DNA of 64,000 nt from a bacterium (GTDB taxonomy: Bacteria; Bacteroidota; Bacteroidia; Flavobacteriales_D; Crocinitomicaceae): positions 65,240 through 129,239 of the forward strand of contig JANSYQ010000006.1 of assembly GCA_024742305.1 (NCBI GenBank). Reading direction: 5' to 3'. A program made the translations under genes and the position numbers. Of the stretch, positions 45,950 to 56,300 are shown one piece after another (position 1 is the first letter of the stretch; every line of letters begins with the position of its first letter). The notes under the pieces are model-generated. The model saw nothing but the letters and a program-made list of their open reading frames with translations, was not told the origin of the DNA and searched no databases.

Positions 45950-47242
45950 TCAATTGGTTACAGCGCCTTTCACTCCTTTCTTGGCATAGAACAAGTACAT
46001 GAATCCAACAAAGGAAAAATATCCGATCTGTGCCATCGCCACGAACCAAAGGATTTGTACCCAATCCCAAGCACTATTTCCTAGAACGAATGGCAGAATG
46101 CCAAATCCCGTTAATTGAATCCCTGAACCAATGAACGAAATGAAGAAAAATTCCTTCTGACGCCGCAACACAAGAGGCAAGCTAGACAATGGCGAGACAA
46201 CAAACAGCATCATTAACCAAAATGCCATAATCTCGGAATAATATCCCGAATCTGCCCATTTCGCAGTGAAAATGAAGGTGAAGATTTCCTCACCAAAGAA
46301 GAAGATAGACGCGAAGGGAACAACGGATATTGCCAACAGAATGAGTAGTGTTTTTCGAACCAAAGGCAAGAGAGGTTTACCCGTATTTGCCAGTTCTGAG
46401 AATCGATTGAAAAGTACTTGCCCGATTGAAACACCAATGATACTCAATGGGGCCGCTAAAATCATCATTGCATGGTAATACACACCGAAAATCTCTTGCG
46501 AAAAATGATAGCTGATGAAATACGCAATGATCATATCCCGACCGACATCTAAGGTGACGTGCGGCAAATTAACCAGGGGAAACTCACGATTATCGCGCAC
46601 CAATACGCGCTGTTTCTTTTTGGAATACTTCGGATAGGTCGCTCGATCTAAGCGAAGGAAGTCACGGATGTACCAACTACTTGAAACGACATATCCAATC
46701 AAGGTACCCAGCAATAGACCTATACTTCCCATTCCCATCAATCCGAAAACGATGCGAAGTCCATTTCCGGAGAAGGAGTTCACCACGCGTTGGCGAGAAA
46801 TCTTTTTAAATTCTTTGTTGCGTATGCTCCAGTTCGTCCCGAGGTTAATGAAAACAACGAAAAAGCCACTCGCAAGTGTAATCACACCGAACCAAATATC
46901 ATCAACTCCTGTAGGCTGAAGTAGAAAGTACAACAGTCCGCCAAAAGCACAAGCAGCCAAAATGATAGAGGCGATGCGCAGAGAGAGTTTGTAAAGTAAA
47001 AAGGAATGCCCTTCGTGTTTGCCAAGTGGAAGTGAAGCCTCGAATCGTAGTGTTCCTACCGCGGCAATAAAACTAACCGTTCGCATGTAAATTCCGAGGT
47101 CTCCAACTTCTTCTTTGCTGTAGATCCATGAAATAACCATGATGGCAACATAACTAATTAGCTGTGCCAAAACAGTTCCCGTCATCAAAACGAGAACTGA
47201 TCGAAGGATTTCTGATGAAAGTAGGCGCTCTTTTAAGTTCAT
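45950..47242 (-). CDS. Wzx-type oligosaccharide flippase (MOP superfamily)
   Basis: 430 aa, about 12 TM helices, with the usual position in a polysaccharide locus. Confidence 0.8.
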   Translation of the reverse strand: MNLKERLLSSEILRSVLVLMTGTVLAQLISYVAIMVISWIYSKEEVGDLGIYMRTVSFIAAVGTLRFEASLPLGKHEGHSFLLYKLSLRIASIILAACAFGGLLYFLLQPTGVDDIWFGVITLASGFFVVFINLGTNWSIRNKEFKKISRQRVVNSFSGNGLRIVFGLMGMGSIGLLLGTLIGYVVSSSWYIRDFLRLDRATYPKYSKKKQRVLVRDNREFPLVNLPHVTLDVGRDMIIAYFISYHFSQEIFGVYYHAMMILAAPLSIIGVSIGQVLFNRFSELANTGKPLLPLVRKTLLILLAISVVPFASIFFFGEEIFTFIFTAKWADSGYYSEIMAFWLMMLFVVSPLSSLPLVLRRQKEFFFISFIGSGIQLTGFGILPFVLGNSAWDWVQILWFVAMAQIGYFSFVGFMYLFYAKKGVKGAVTN

Positions 47243-47266
47243 ATTAGCCGCCTGTTAGCGTTGTTG

Positions 47267-48799
47267 CTACTTCGCGTAGTTCACAGCACGTTTCTCACGA
47301 ATCAAGGTAACTTTTACCTGTCCTGGATACGTCATCTCTGTTTGAATGCGTTGCGAAATTTCAAAGGAAAGTTCGTCTGCCTTTTGATCGGATACCTTCT
47401 CGGATTCCACCAAAACGCGAAGCTCTCGCCCGGCCTGAATAGCATACGCTGAGTTGACACCTTCATACGCCAAAGCCAAGGATTCCAATTCTTTGATTCG
47501 TTTAATGTACGATTCCACAATCTCACGACGCGCTCCCGGACGTGCACCTGAAACGGCGTCACAAACCTGAACGATCGGAGCAATTAATGTCGTCATTTCA
47601 ACCTCGTCGTGGTGCGCTCCGATAGCGTTACACACCTCTTTCTTCTCACCGAACTTCTCGGCCAATTTCATACCAAGGACTGCGTGCGGCAATTCTGGTT
47701 CCTCGTCTGGAACTTTTCCAATATCGTGGAGCAATCCTGCACGTTTTGCCATTTTCACATTCAGACCAAGCTCTGCCGCCATGATTGCACAAAGATTGGC
47801 CACCTCACGAGAGTGCTGCAACAAGTTCTGTCCGTACGACGATCGGTACTTCATACGTCCGACCATACGCGTTAACTCTGCATGTAGTCCGTGAATTCCA
47901 AGGTCGATACAAGTTCGACGACCTGTTTCAGCGATTTCTTCATTGAGTTGTTTGCGCGTTTTAGCTACCACTTCCTCAATACGAGCTGGGTGAATACGTC
48001 CGTCAGATACCAGTTGGTGCAATGCCAATCGTGCAATCTCTCGACGCACTGGATCAAAGCAAGAAAGAATAATTGCCTCAGGTGTATCATCTACAATAAT
48101 CTCTACCCCTGTAGCTGCTTCCAAAGCTCGAATGTTTCGACCTTCACGACCAATAATTCGACCTTTTACTTCGTCTGATTCGATGTTAAATACGGATACT
48201 GAGTTCTCAATTGCTTGCTCTGTTGCAACTCGCTGAATCGTCTGAATAACAATCTTCTTTGCTTCACGGTTGGCGTTCAATTTAGCCTCTTCGGTAATTT
48301 CGTTGATGTGCGCCATTGCACTGGTACGCGCCTCGTCTTTCAAAGCTTCCATCAAGCCGGCTTTTGCATCTTCTACAGACATTCCGCTCACCTTTGACAA
48401 TTCTGTCACGTGTTTTTGATGCATTTTGTCCAGCTCAGAGTGCTTTTTATCCAACGCTGAAATCTTCGACTCCAGGATAGAATCTTTCTTGTCGATTCCT
48501 TTCTGCTTACGATTCACCTCCTCAATCTTCTGTGAAAGTGTTTTCTCCTTGCTTTTCGCACGGTCCTCAGAAGATTGCAGCTTGCGCTCGCGATCTTTAA
48601 TCTTTCTTTCGTGATCCTCCTTAAGCTTTAAGAATTTTTCCTTTGCTTGAAGAATCTTTGTTTGCTTCAAATTCTCGCCTTCCTTCTCGGCATCCTTTAG
48701 AATTTGTTCTTTGCGCTTCTTGAGCAATACGCTCTGCACTATGACAGCGACGGCAGCACCTCCTGCAACACCAGCTGACAAACCAATGATCATTTCCAT
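47267..48799 (-). CDS. rny: ribonuclease Y
   Basis: N-terminal TM helix, long coiled coil, KH domain (..[15 protein letters not shown]..) and HD domain (..LLHDIGK..). Confidence 0.96.
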   Translation of the reverse strand: MEMIIGLSAGVAGGAAVAVIVQSVLLKKRKEQILKDAEKEGENLKQTKILQAKEKFLKLKEDHERKIKDRERKLQSSEDRAKSKEKTLSQKIEEVNRKQKGIDKKDSILESKISALDKKHSELDKMHQKHVTELSKVSGMSVEDAKAGLMEALKDEARTSAMAHINEITEEAKLNANREAKKIVIQTIQRVATEQAIENSVSVFNIESDEVKGRIIGREGRNIRALEAATGVEIIVDDTPEAIILSCFDPVRREIARLALHQLVSDGRIHPARIEEVVAKTRKQLNEEIAETGRRTCIDLGIHGLHAELTRMVGRMKYRSSYGQNLLQHSREVANLCAIMAAELGLNVKMAKRAGLLHDIGKVPDEEPELPHAVLGMKLAEKFGEKKEVCNAIGAHHDEVEMTTLIAPIVQVCDAVSGARPGARREIVESYIKRIKELESLALAYEGVNSAYAIQAGRELRVLVESEKVSDQKADELSFEISQRIQTEMTYPGQVKVTLIREKRAVNYAK

Positions 48800-48851
48800 G
48801 TGTTTCGTTTTAATACGGGAACAAGGCGCAATGCAAACGGGAAGAATCGAA

Positions 48852-49130
48852 TTAAGCGTCTAAATCAGAAGAGAGTTGTTCTAACTTCGCCTCAATTTCA
48901 GAATAGTCGGCTGGAGCCTGAGCACCTGCTTTTCCTTCTTTGGTAGCAAGTTGTAGCGCCGTCATGGCCAACAAATCCTGTTTGTCTTTTACAGCATAGT
49001 TTTCCTGAAGCAATTTTATCGCCTTATTGATATCCTCAGCCGCTTTCAACACCTTTTCCTGCTCACTTTCGTTGACAGATAAAGGGTACGTACGACCAGC
49101 AACAACTACTTTCAATGACAACTTTGCCAT
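48852..49130 (-). CDS. zapA: cell division protein ZapA
   Basis: 92 aa. ..[36 protein letters not shown].. matches the ZapA pattern. Confidence 0.85.
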   Translation of the reverse strand: MAKLSLKVVVAGRTYPLSVNESEQEKVLKAAEDINKAIKLLQENYAVKDKQDLLAMTALQLATKEGKAGAQAPADYSEIEAKLEQLSSDLDA

Positions 49131-49132
49131 GC

Positions 49133-49453
49133 TTATCTTTTTAACTGCTTGATACAGTATTCGATTTCCTTCACCAATGCATCAATTTCTTCATTCGATA
49201 ATACTGCTCCAGTTTGGGCAGGCGATTCCGATTTGACACTTTGTTCCTTCAAAGATTCAATATTTGCAGAGAGCTCAGTTACCTTGTTTTCAAGACTTTC
49301 CACTTCCTGCGACTTCCCTTCCATTGCTGTCTTCAACTCTGAAATTTCGGCAGAAAGCGTCTCATTTTTAGCACGTTCAGCGGCAACCTGACCTTTCAGT
49401 TTAACAGATTTTTCGCGGATTTCGTCTAGTAGCTGATGTACTCGTGCGGACAT
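49133..49453 (-). CDS. coiled-coil protein (ZapB-like position upstream of zapA)
   Basis: 106 aa, heptad-rich with high E/K/L content. It lies 2 nt upstream of zapA. Confidence 0.6.
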   Translation of the reverse strand: MSARVHQLLDEIREKSVKLKGQVAAERAKNETLSAEISELKTAMEGKSQEVESLENKVTELSANIESLKEQSVKSESPAQTGAVLSNEEIDALVKEIEYCIKQLKR

Positions 49454-49552
49454 TGAATCTTCCTTTTATACAAAAATAGTATTGTGCAAGATACCAACAA
49501 TATTTTTAGTGAGATGTTCCGCATTTTTTTTCAAAGACCTATTTTTGATAAC

Positions 49553-51241
49553 ATGACTAAACTCCTTTTCGCAATCATCTCACTCGCACTCCTCTCTCAC
49601 TCTGCCCGTTCGCAAGATAAGGGCTTATATGATTTCCATCCTCCACTGAAAATCCCGTTGATATTGTCTTCGAATTTTGGTGAATTGCGCCCGAATCATT
49701 TCCACATGGGGTTGGATTTTAAAACAAATAACAAAATTGGTTACAACCTCTACTCTATTGATGATGGTTTCGTTTCTCGTGTGAAAGTTTCTGCGTACGG
49801 ATACGGAAAGGTGGTGTACATTGATCACCCCAACGGAATGACAAGCGTGTATGCACATTGTAGCGAGTTCAAAGGTGCTATTGATTCTTTGGTTCGAGCA
49901 ACTCAGGAACGCGAACAAAACTACGAGGTAGAAGTATTTCCGGGAAGAAATACCATCAAAGTGAAAAAAGGCGAAATCATTGCGTTGTCGGGCAACACTG
50001 GAGGTTCTAGCGGACCTCATTTGCACTTTGAAATACGCGATACGAAAACTGAACATGCACTAAACCCTTTGCTCTACGGCTTTCCAATTGAAGATCACAA
50101 GCAACCGGAAATGCGCCATTTAAAGATTTATGGACTCACTCAAAGTGGGTATCGAATTCCTGGAAAATCGGTTGAAAAAGCATTGGTGAAATCAGGATCA
50201 AAATACGTTGTCACTGGAAATACCGTGACCGTTAACCCGAGCTTGCTTACAAAAGATGGAGGATTGGGATTTGCATTCGACGTAATTGATCGGTTCGACG
50301 GTGCAAGCAACCAATGTGGCTTGTTCGGCAGTCGATTGATAGTTGATGGTGATACGATTTTCGGGCAAGAAACGGTTCGTGTACCTTTTGAGTCGACGCG
50401 TTATGTGAACTCACACAAGGACTATGAAGAATATCAAGTAAATCGTCGTAAATACCACAAATGTTTTAGAACTGAGGAAAATGACTTGCCCATCTACATT
50501 AATAATGCGTTGGGTCTCGTGAAATCGGCTCCCGGAAAATCGCACCAAGTTAAATACATTGCTTTTGATGCCGCCGGAAACGAATCCGTTGTAGAATTTA
50601 CACTGAAAGTAAATGATGGCGCTATCAGCAGTACGAATTGGGGAACGCCCGGAAAATCCAATGTGGTACCTCAGGAATCCTTTTTCTTTGATGTGAGCGA
50701 CTGTAAAATTCAAGGTGGATACGCAACGGTGTACGAGCCAATGGAAATCGACTCAGATCATTTGGATACGCACTTTGGGTCGCCAGAAACGCCAGTTAAT
50801 CGTTCTTACAAAATCAAGGTGAAGGTAGACGGTCCGAAAGATGGTAAACATTACCTAGAAATGATCACCGCCAAAGGAAGAACGAGAGCAATTTCTGTGA
50901 CCTATCAAGATGGCTGGGCAGTGGCGAACTGCAAATACTTCGGTGCGTATTCTTTAAAAAGGGATGAGACGCCTCCCTCTGCAAAGATGATCACTTACGG
51001 AAATGTAATTCCTGCCTCCGCTTCTAAGATCAACTGGGCAATTTCCGACGACGTCAGTGGTATTGAAGATTACGATTTGTTTATCGATGGAAAGTGGTAC
51101 CTATTGGAGTATGACTACAAATCCGGATACGTTACCTTTCAAAAACCTCAAGGGTTTAAGGGGAAGAAAGAGGTACGTCTCGTGGTAAAAGACGCCTGTG
51201 GAAACGAGAAAGTCTTGGAAAATTCCATAGACTTTCAGTAG
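49553..51241 (+). CDS. M23-family metallopeptidase with C-terminal beta-rich extension
   Basis: Signal peptide MTKLLFAIISLALLSHSARSQ. M23 motifs HFHMGLDF and GPHLHFEI. The start is moved to ATG 49553. Confidence 0.88.
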   Translation: MTKLLFAIISLALLSHSARSQDKGLYDFHPPLKIPLILSSNFGELRPNHFHMGLDFKTNNKIGYNLYSIDDGFVSRVKVSAYGYGKVVYIDHPNGMTSVYAHCSEFKGAIDSLVRATQEREQNYEVEVFPGRNTIKVKKGEIIALSGNTGGSSGPHLHFEIRDTKTEHALNPLLYGFPIEDHKQPEMRHLKIYGLTQSGYRIPGKSVEKALVKSGSKYVVTGNTVTVNPSLLTKDGGLGFAFDVIDRFDGASNQCGLFGSRLIVDGDTIFGQETVRVPFESTRYVNSHKDYEEYQVNRRKYHKCFRTEENDLPIYINNALGLVKSAPGKSHQVKYIAFDAAGNESVVEFTLKVNDGAISSTNWGTPGKSNVVPQESFFFDVSDCKIQGGYATVYEPMEIDSDHLDTHFGSPETPVNRSYKIKVKVDGPKDGKHYLEMITAKGRTRAISVTYQDGWAVANCKYFGAYSLKRDETPPSAKMITYGNVIPASASKINWAISDDVSGIEDYDLFIDGKWYLLEYDYKSGYVTFQKPQGFKGKKEVRLVVKDACGNEKVLENSIDFQ

Positions 51242-51553
51242 TTAAGCCTCTGTTGTTGGTGTTCCGAAATTCATGGGTGGCATCTGCGGGGTTCCACCCG
51301 TCTCGATAGTACCGTGCATTTGTTCGTATTTGGCAATGTTGTCTTTCAGAGCTTCCAGCAATCTTTTCGTGTTTTCAGGAGTCATAATGATACGCGAGCG
51401 CACCTTTCCTTTCGGCACTCCTGGCATCATTTGAATGAAATCGGCTACGAATTCTGAAGAAGAATGCGTGATAATCGCAAGATTGGAATACACACCTGCT
51501 GCCACTTCTTCGGACAACTCTATATTGACATTGTTTTCTTGTTTCTGTTCCAT
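51242..51553 (-). CDS. DUF3467-family small protein
   Basis: ..VAAGVYSNLAIITHSSSEFVADFIQMMPG.. is characteristic of DUF3467. Its stop directly abuts the stop of the convergent M23 gene. Confidence 0.75.
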   Translation of the reverse strand: MEQKQENNVNIELSEEVAAGVYSNLAIITHSSSEFVADFIQMMPGVPKGKVRSRIIMTPENTKRLLEALKDNIAKYEQMHGTIETGGTPQMPPMNFGTPTTEA

Positions 51554-51656
51554 AGAACTAAAGTACGGCTTTTAAATTTTCTCTTGAGTCCATTAGTTAA
51601 AGTATTATTCGTTCAAATAGAGTAATTTCATCGTTTAATACCAAATATTCACATCT

Positions 51657-52382
51657 ATGGAAATCTTTTTGGAGTTTTTAACCTACGGCGCCATCGGTAT
51701 TGCCATGGTTTTGATAGTCCTTTCTTACAAACTTTTGGCGAAAGAACAAGAACGCGATGATGTGCGCGTTCCCATGTTAAAGTCCATTAAGTCCTACCTT
51801 ACTTTGGCGTTAATTTTGGCAGCCTTTTTTGGAGTTACAGAAATAGTTTCGCTAATTGTTTCCGATAATTCCGGTTCAGATGGGTTAAAAACTGAGGTTG
51901 CAAGGCTGTACAAAAGAAACATTAAAGGTGGTAATGCAAAAAGTACCGAAGAGCAGCTTGCAGAGATAGAGGACCAAATTCAGAATGGAGTCAATGAGAG
52001 CACTAAAGATTCAAGCCAACTGGAAATTGAAGCGTTAAAACAAGAATTAAAACGCGCCGAGTTCGGAAAATACGCGCACCTCGTGCTTCAGCTACGCGAT
52101 TCCATGTTGGAAGCGAGTGGTGACTTTATTAACTTAAAGTATCATCTTGAACTTAGAGACGCAGGTAAAGAAATGAACGAGTCTTATTTTGAAATGATAG
52201 GACAAGTTTTGAATTATTTGGACATAATTGAAAACGATGACTTGGAAAAATATGACCTTATAAAAGATAAATGGTGCGACCTAAAACTTGATTATTCAGG
52301 CGGTATCATTTACAATGGAAACAACAAAGAGTGGGTCGTAGGTTCAGACATTATACAGTTGCTGACCTTGGGACATAAATGA
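51657..52382 (+). CDS. hypothetical protein, 2 N-terminal TM helices plus coiled-coil/soluble domain
   Basis: 241-aa ATG ORF with TM helices (LTYGAIGIAMVLIVLSY, LTLALILAAFFGVTEIVSLIV). No family motif recognised. Confidence 0.55.
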   Translation: MEIFLEFLTYGAIGIAMVLIVLSYKLLAKEQERDDVRVPMLKSIKSYLTLALILAAFFGVTEIVSLIVSDNSGSDGLKTEVARLYKRNIKGGNAKSTEEQLAEIEDQIQNGVNESTKDSSQLEIEALKQELKRAEFGKYAHLVLQLRDSMLEASGDFINLKYHLELRDAGKEMNESYFEMIGQVLNYLDIIENDDLEKYDLIKDKWCDLKLDYSGGIIYNGNNKEWVVGSDIIQLLTLGHK

Positions 52383-52666
52383 TAGATAGTTGCGTATTGT
52401 TCTTGTCTTCTATGCATTGAGGAGTTAAATTCTTTGACATCGGCAAGATACCCGAATTTTGTTTCACCATTGAGCACAAATGAAACCCAAGATGAGAAAA
52501 GTCACAGGGATTCTGACGAAGGCATATTCTAGTTCTCACCATTTTATGTCAGTTTAAACAGTTCACCTCGTGTTCCCTGTGGCTTCGTGGTAAAATTCTA
52601 GCTATTGTTTTGTCTTCACATAGGATGTCATGGCTGTGGAGAAGTGCTATCGCTTTTTAAATAGAC

Positions 52667-53305
52667 CTATAAGTCATCCAGTATTTCCTCTGATTTTGGA
52701 CGCTTTTTTGCCTTTTTCTCGAACCAACTATTAGCTGGCTGTAGAAACAACAGCACAACGAGAACAATTTCAATGGTCAAGAACACCAAATCTAAGCGGG
52801 ACGGAAACAATAAGTAGGAACTCATAATCACTATCGCCGCTTTCCATACAATTCCGAGTCCTAATAACCCTGCGTAAGTCGCCCGCGCCCAAACTTTTCC
52901 TTTCAAAATACCATCAATGACGAGCGCAAAAGCAAAGTAGATAATAAGAATTGCCACGAGTCGAGAGATAATTCTTCCGTTTAAAGTGGTCACCACTTCG
53001 TCTCTCATGTTAAAGTAAAAGGAAAGTCCGAGTAAAAAGTAGAGACCAAACCCGATTAAAATCACAATTGTTGGGGCTTGCCAATTGACATAAAACAGAC
53101 GTTCACGAACTTCATCATAAGGTCTTTCATTTGTCGGGGGCTGTTCAACATCATCTTCTAGAATAATATCAATTTTACGTTCAAGCAAAATACTTTCTGC
53201 TACTTGCCTTGCCTCTTCTTCGTAACGATCAACGTCCTTGATCATTGACCTGAGTTCAGCATCTGTTTTCTGACGAAGCGTTTTGTAATAAGGAGATTTG
53301 CTCAT
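52667..53305 (-). CDS. hypothetical membrane protein (soluble N-terminal helix-rich domain plus about 4 TM)
   Basis: 212-aa ATG ORF with a hydrophobic C-terminal two thirds. No family motif recognised. Confidence 0.55.
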   Translation of the reverse strand: MSKSPYYKTLRQKTDAELRSMIKDVDRYEEEARQVAESILLERKIDIILEDDVEQPPTNERPYDEVRERLFYVNWQAPTIVILIGFGLYFLLGLSFYFNMRDEVVTTLNGRIISRLVAILIIYFAFALVIDGILKGKVWARATYAGLLGLGIVWKAAIVIMSSYLLFPSRLDLVFLTIEIVLVVLLFLQPANSWFEKKAKKRPKSEEILDDL

Positions 53306-53342
53306 TGTCTTAAAAGTACGAATCCTTGAAAAAAGGGTATCT

Positions 53343-53381
53343 AAAACAAAAAACCCTGACGTCCTTGCGGAGTCAGGGTTT
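53343..53381 (-). terminator. intrinsic terminator after rpoC (AACCCTGAC..GTCAGGGTT family)
   Basis: Minus strand reads AAACCCTGAC-TCC-GCAA-GGA-C-GTCAGGGTT then TTTTGTTTT. It starts 19 nt after the stop at 53400-53402. Confidence 0.8.
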
Positions 53382-53399
53382 CATTATTTCTAGTTGATT

Positions 53400-56300
53400 T
53401 TACTCTGCGTTTTCAACCATCTCTTCCATTTCAGCTTTTGAGCCTACTAGCATTTTTTGGAATTGGCGGAATCCTGTACCTGCTGGAATCAAGTGACCAA
53501 CAATTACGTTTTCTTTCAATCCAAGTAGATGATCTTCTTTTCCTGAGATTGCTGCCTCGTTCAATACTTTCGTTGTCTCCTGGAACGATGCCGCAGAGAT
53601 GAACGATTGTGTTTGAAGGGAAGCTCGCGTAATCCCTTGAAGCAATGGCGTCGAAGTCGCTGGAATCGCATCACGCGACTCGATTAACTTCTTGTCTGCT
53701 CGCTTCAACTGTGAGTTCTCGTCACGAAGTTTACGTGCTGATACGATTTGTCCTGCTTTCAAGCTATCAGACTCACCTGCATCAGTAACGACTTTCATTC
53801 CGTAAATAGCATCGTTTTCTTCCATGATGTCCGCTTTGTGCACCGACTGTCCTTCCAAGAATTTCGTGTCTCCTGGGTCAACAATTTGTGCTTTTAACAT
53901 CATCTGACGAACGATTACCTCGAAGTGCTTATCGTTAATTTTCACCCCCTGTAGACGGTATACCTCTTGAATCTCATTCACAAGATATTCCTGTACTGCA
54001 GTTGGTCCTTCGATGTTCAAGATATCATTTGGTGTAATTGCACCAACGGAAAGTGGCTGACCTGCACGAACGAAATCGTTCTCCTGAACCAAGATGTGCT
54101 TCGATAGTGGAACAAGATACTTGCGTGTCTCACCAGTTTTCGAAGTAATTTGGATCTCGCGGTTACCACGTTTGATTTTACCGTATTCTGCAACACCGTC
54201 GATTTCAGAAACTACTGCCGGGTTAGAAGGGTTACGTGCTTCGAACAACTCCGTTACACGTGGAAGACCTCCGGTGATATCCCCAGACTTACCAGCCTTA
54301 CGTGGGATTTTTACCAAAATCTGTCCTGCTTCTACCGAATCTCCTTCTTTAACGCTAATGTGCGCATCTACTGGAAGTGAGTACTCACGTAAAACTTCTT
54401 TCGATTTAGGGTCAATCACGTGGATTGCCGGCATTTTCTTTTTATCTCGCGTTTCAGTAATTACTTTCTCAGTAAATCCTGTCTGCTCATCGACTTCCTC
54501 ACGGTAAGTAATACCTTCCAAAATATTTTCGAAGACTACTTTACCCGTTGCTTCAGTAATGATCACGGCGTTGTATGGATCCCATTTACAGATCACATCT
54601 CCCTTCTTCAAAGAAGCTCCGTTTTTCACCATCAACTCAGCACCGTAAGGAATGTTAGCGTTCATTGTCGTGTTTCCTTTCGAATCGGTAATCTTCAATT
54701 CGGCAGAACGACCAACAACTACTACTTTTTTCTTTCCTTCTTTGTCTTTGAAGTCGATTGTACGCAACTCATCAATTTCGATGGTACCAGCCGTTTTCGC
54801 TTTCAAATCGTTCTCATCCGCAATGTTGGAAGCGGTACCCCCAACGTGGAATGTACGAAGTGTCAACTGTGTACCCGGCTCACCAATTGATTGTGCGGCA
54901 ATTACACCTACAGAATCTCCAATTTGAGCATCACGTCGTGTAGACAAGTTTCGTCCGTAACATTTCGAACAAACACCTCTACGCATTTCACACGTCAATA
55001 CTGAACGGATTTCCACCTCCTCGATATCAGCTTCCTCAATTTTAGCAGCAATTGCTTCAGTGATAATTTCACCTGATTCTACCAAAATATCATCTGATTC
55101 TGGGTGGTAAACATCGTTTACAGCTGCACGACCAATGATACGATCACTCAACGGCTCAACAACTTCATCGTTTTTCTTCAATGCAGTTGCTACCAATCCG
55201 CGAAGTGTTCCACAATCCTCAGAGTTGATTACAACGTCTTGAGCAACATCCACCAAACGACGTGTCAAGTAACCTGCATCCGCCGTTTTCAATGCCGTAT
55301 CGGCCAAACCTTTACGGGCACCGTGTGTCGAGATAAAGTACTCGAGAATCGAAAGTCCCTCCTTAAAGTTGGAAAGAATCGGGTTCTCGATAATATCTTG
55401 TGACGATGCTCCTGATTTTTGCGGTTTCGCCATCAATCCACGCATTCCTGAAAGCTGACGAATCTGCTCTTTGGAACCACGTGCACCGGAATCGTACATC
55501 ATGCAGATTGAGTTGAATCCTTGCTTATCGGACTTCAACTGCTCCATCAATGTATGTGTCAAACGTGAGTTCGTATGCGTCCAAATGTCAATAATTTGGT
55601 TGTAACGCTCGTTGTTTGTGATGAGACCCATGTTGTAGTTCATCATCACCTCGTTCACGTCGCTTTCTGCTTTTTCTACCAACGTCACTTTCTCTTTCGG
55701 AATGATAATATCATCCAAGTTGAAGGACAATCCTCCTACGAAGGCCATGTGGTAACCCAATTCTTTAATCTCATCAAGGAACTGAGCTGTACGAGCTGTA
55801 CCACAGATATTCAATACGTGACCAATCATGTCACGCAATGCTTTCTTGGTCATTACGTCGTTAATGAATCCTGCTTCGTCCGGCACTTTCTCGTTGAACA
55901 ATACGCGTCCACAAGTAGTTTCGGTCATGCGAACCACCAACTCACCATTTTCGTCGAGGTCTTTCACTTTCACCTTAATAGCAGCGTGAAGGTCCAATGC
56001 ACCTTCGTTGTGCGCGATGATCACCTCTTCCGGAGAGTAGAAAGTTCCTCCTTCTCCTTTAACGATTACGTCTTTTGTAGACATTTTCGCTTTGGTGATG
56101 TAGTAAAGACCCAATACCATATCCTGAGATGGTACGGCAATTGGAGCTCCGTTTGCTGGGTTCAAAATGTTGTGTGAAGCCAACATCAATAGCTGTGCTT
56201 CCAAAATTGCAGCGTTACCTAGTGGTAAGTGAACCGCCATCTGGTCACCGTCGAAATCGGCGTTGAAGGCTGTAGTTACCAACGGGTGTAGACGAATCGC

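Noticed and set aside
52513-52519. Hammerhead-ribozyme-like CUGACGA box next to the inverted repeats in the 52.4-52.7 kb spacer
   Set aside because: No matching helix II followed by GAAA, and no plausible helix I/III or cleavage-site triplet, could be drawn on either strand.
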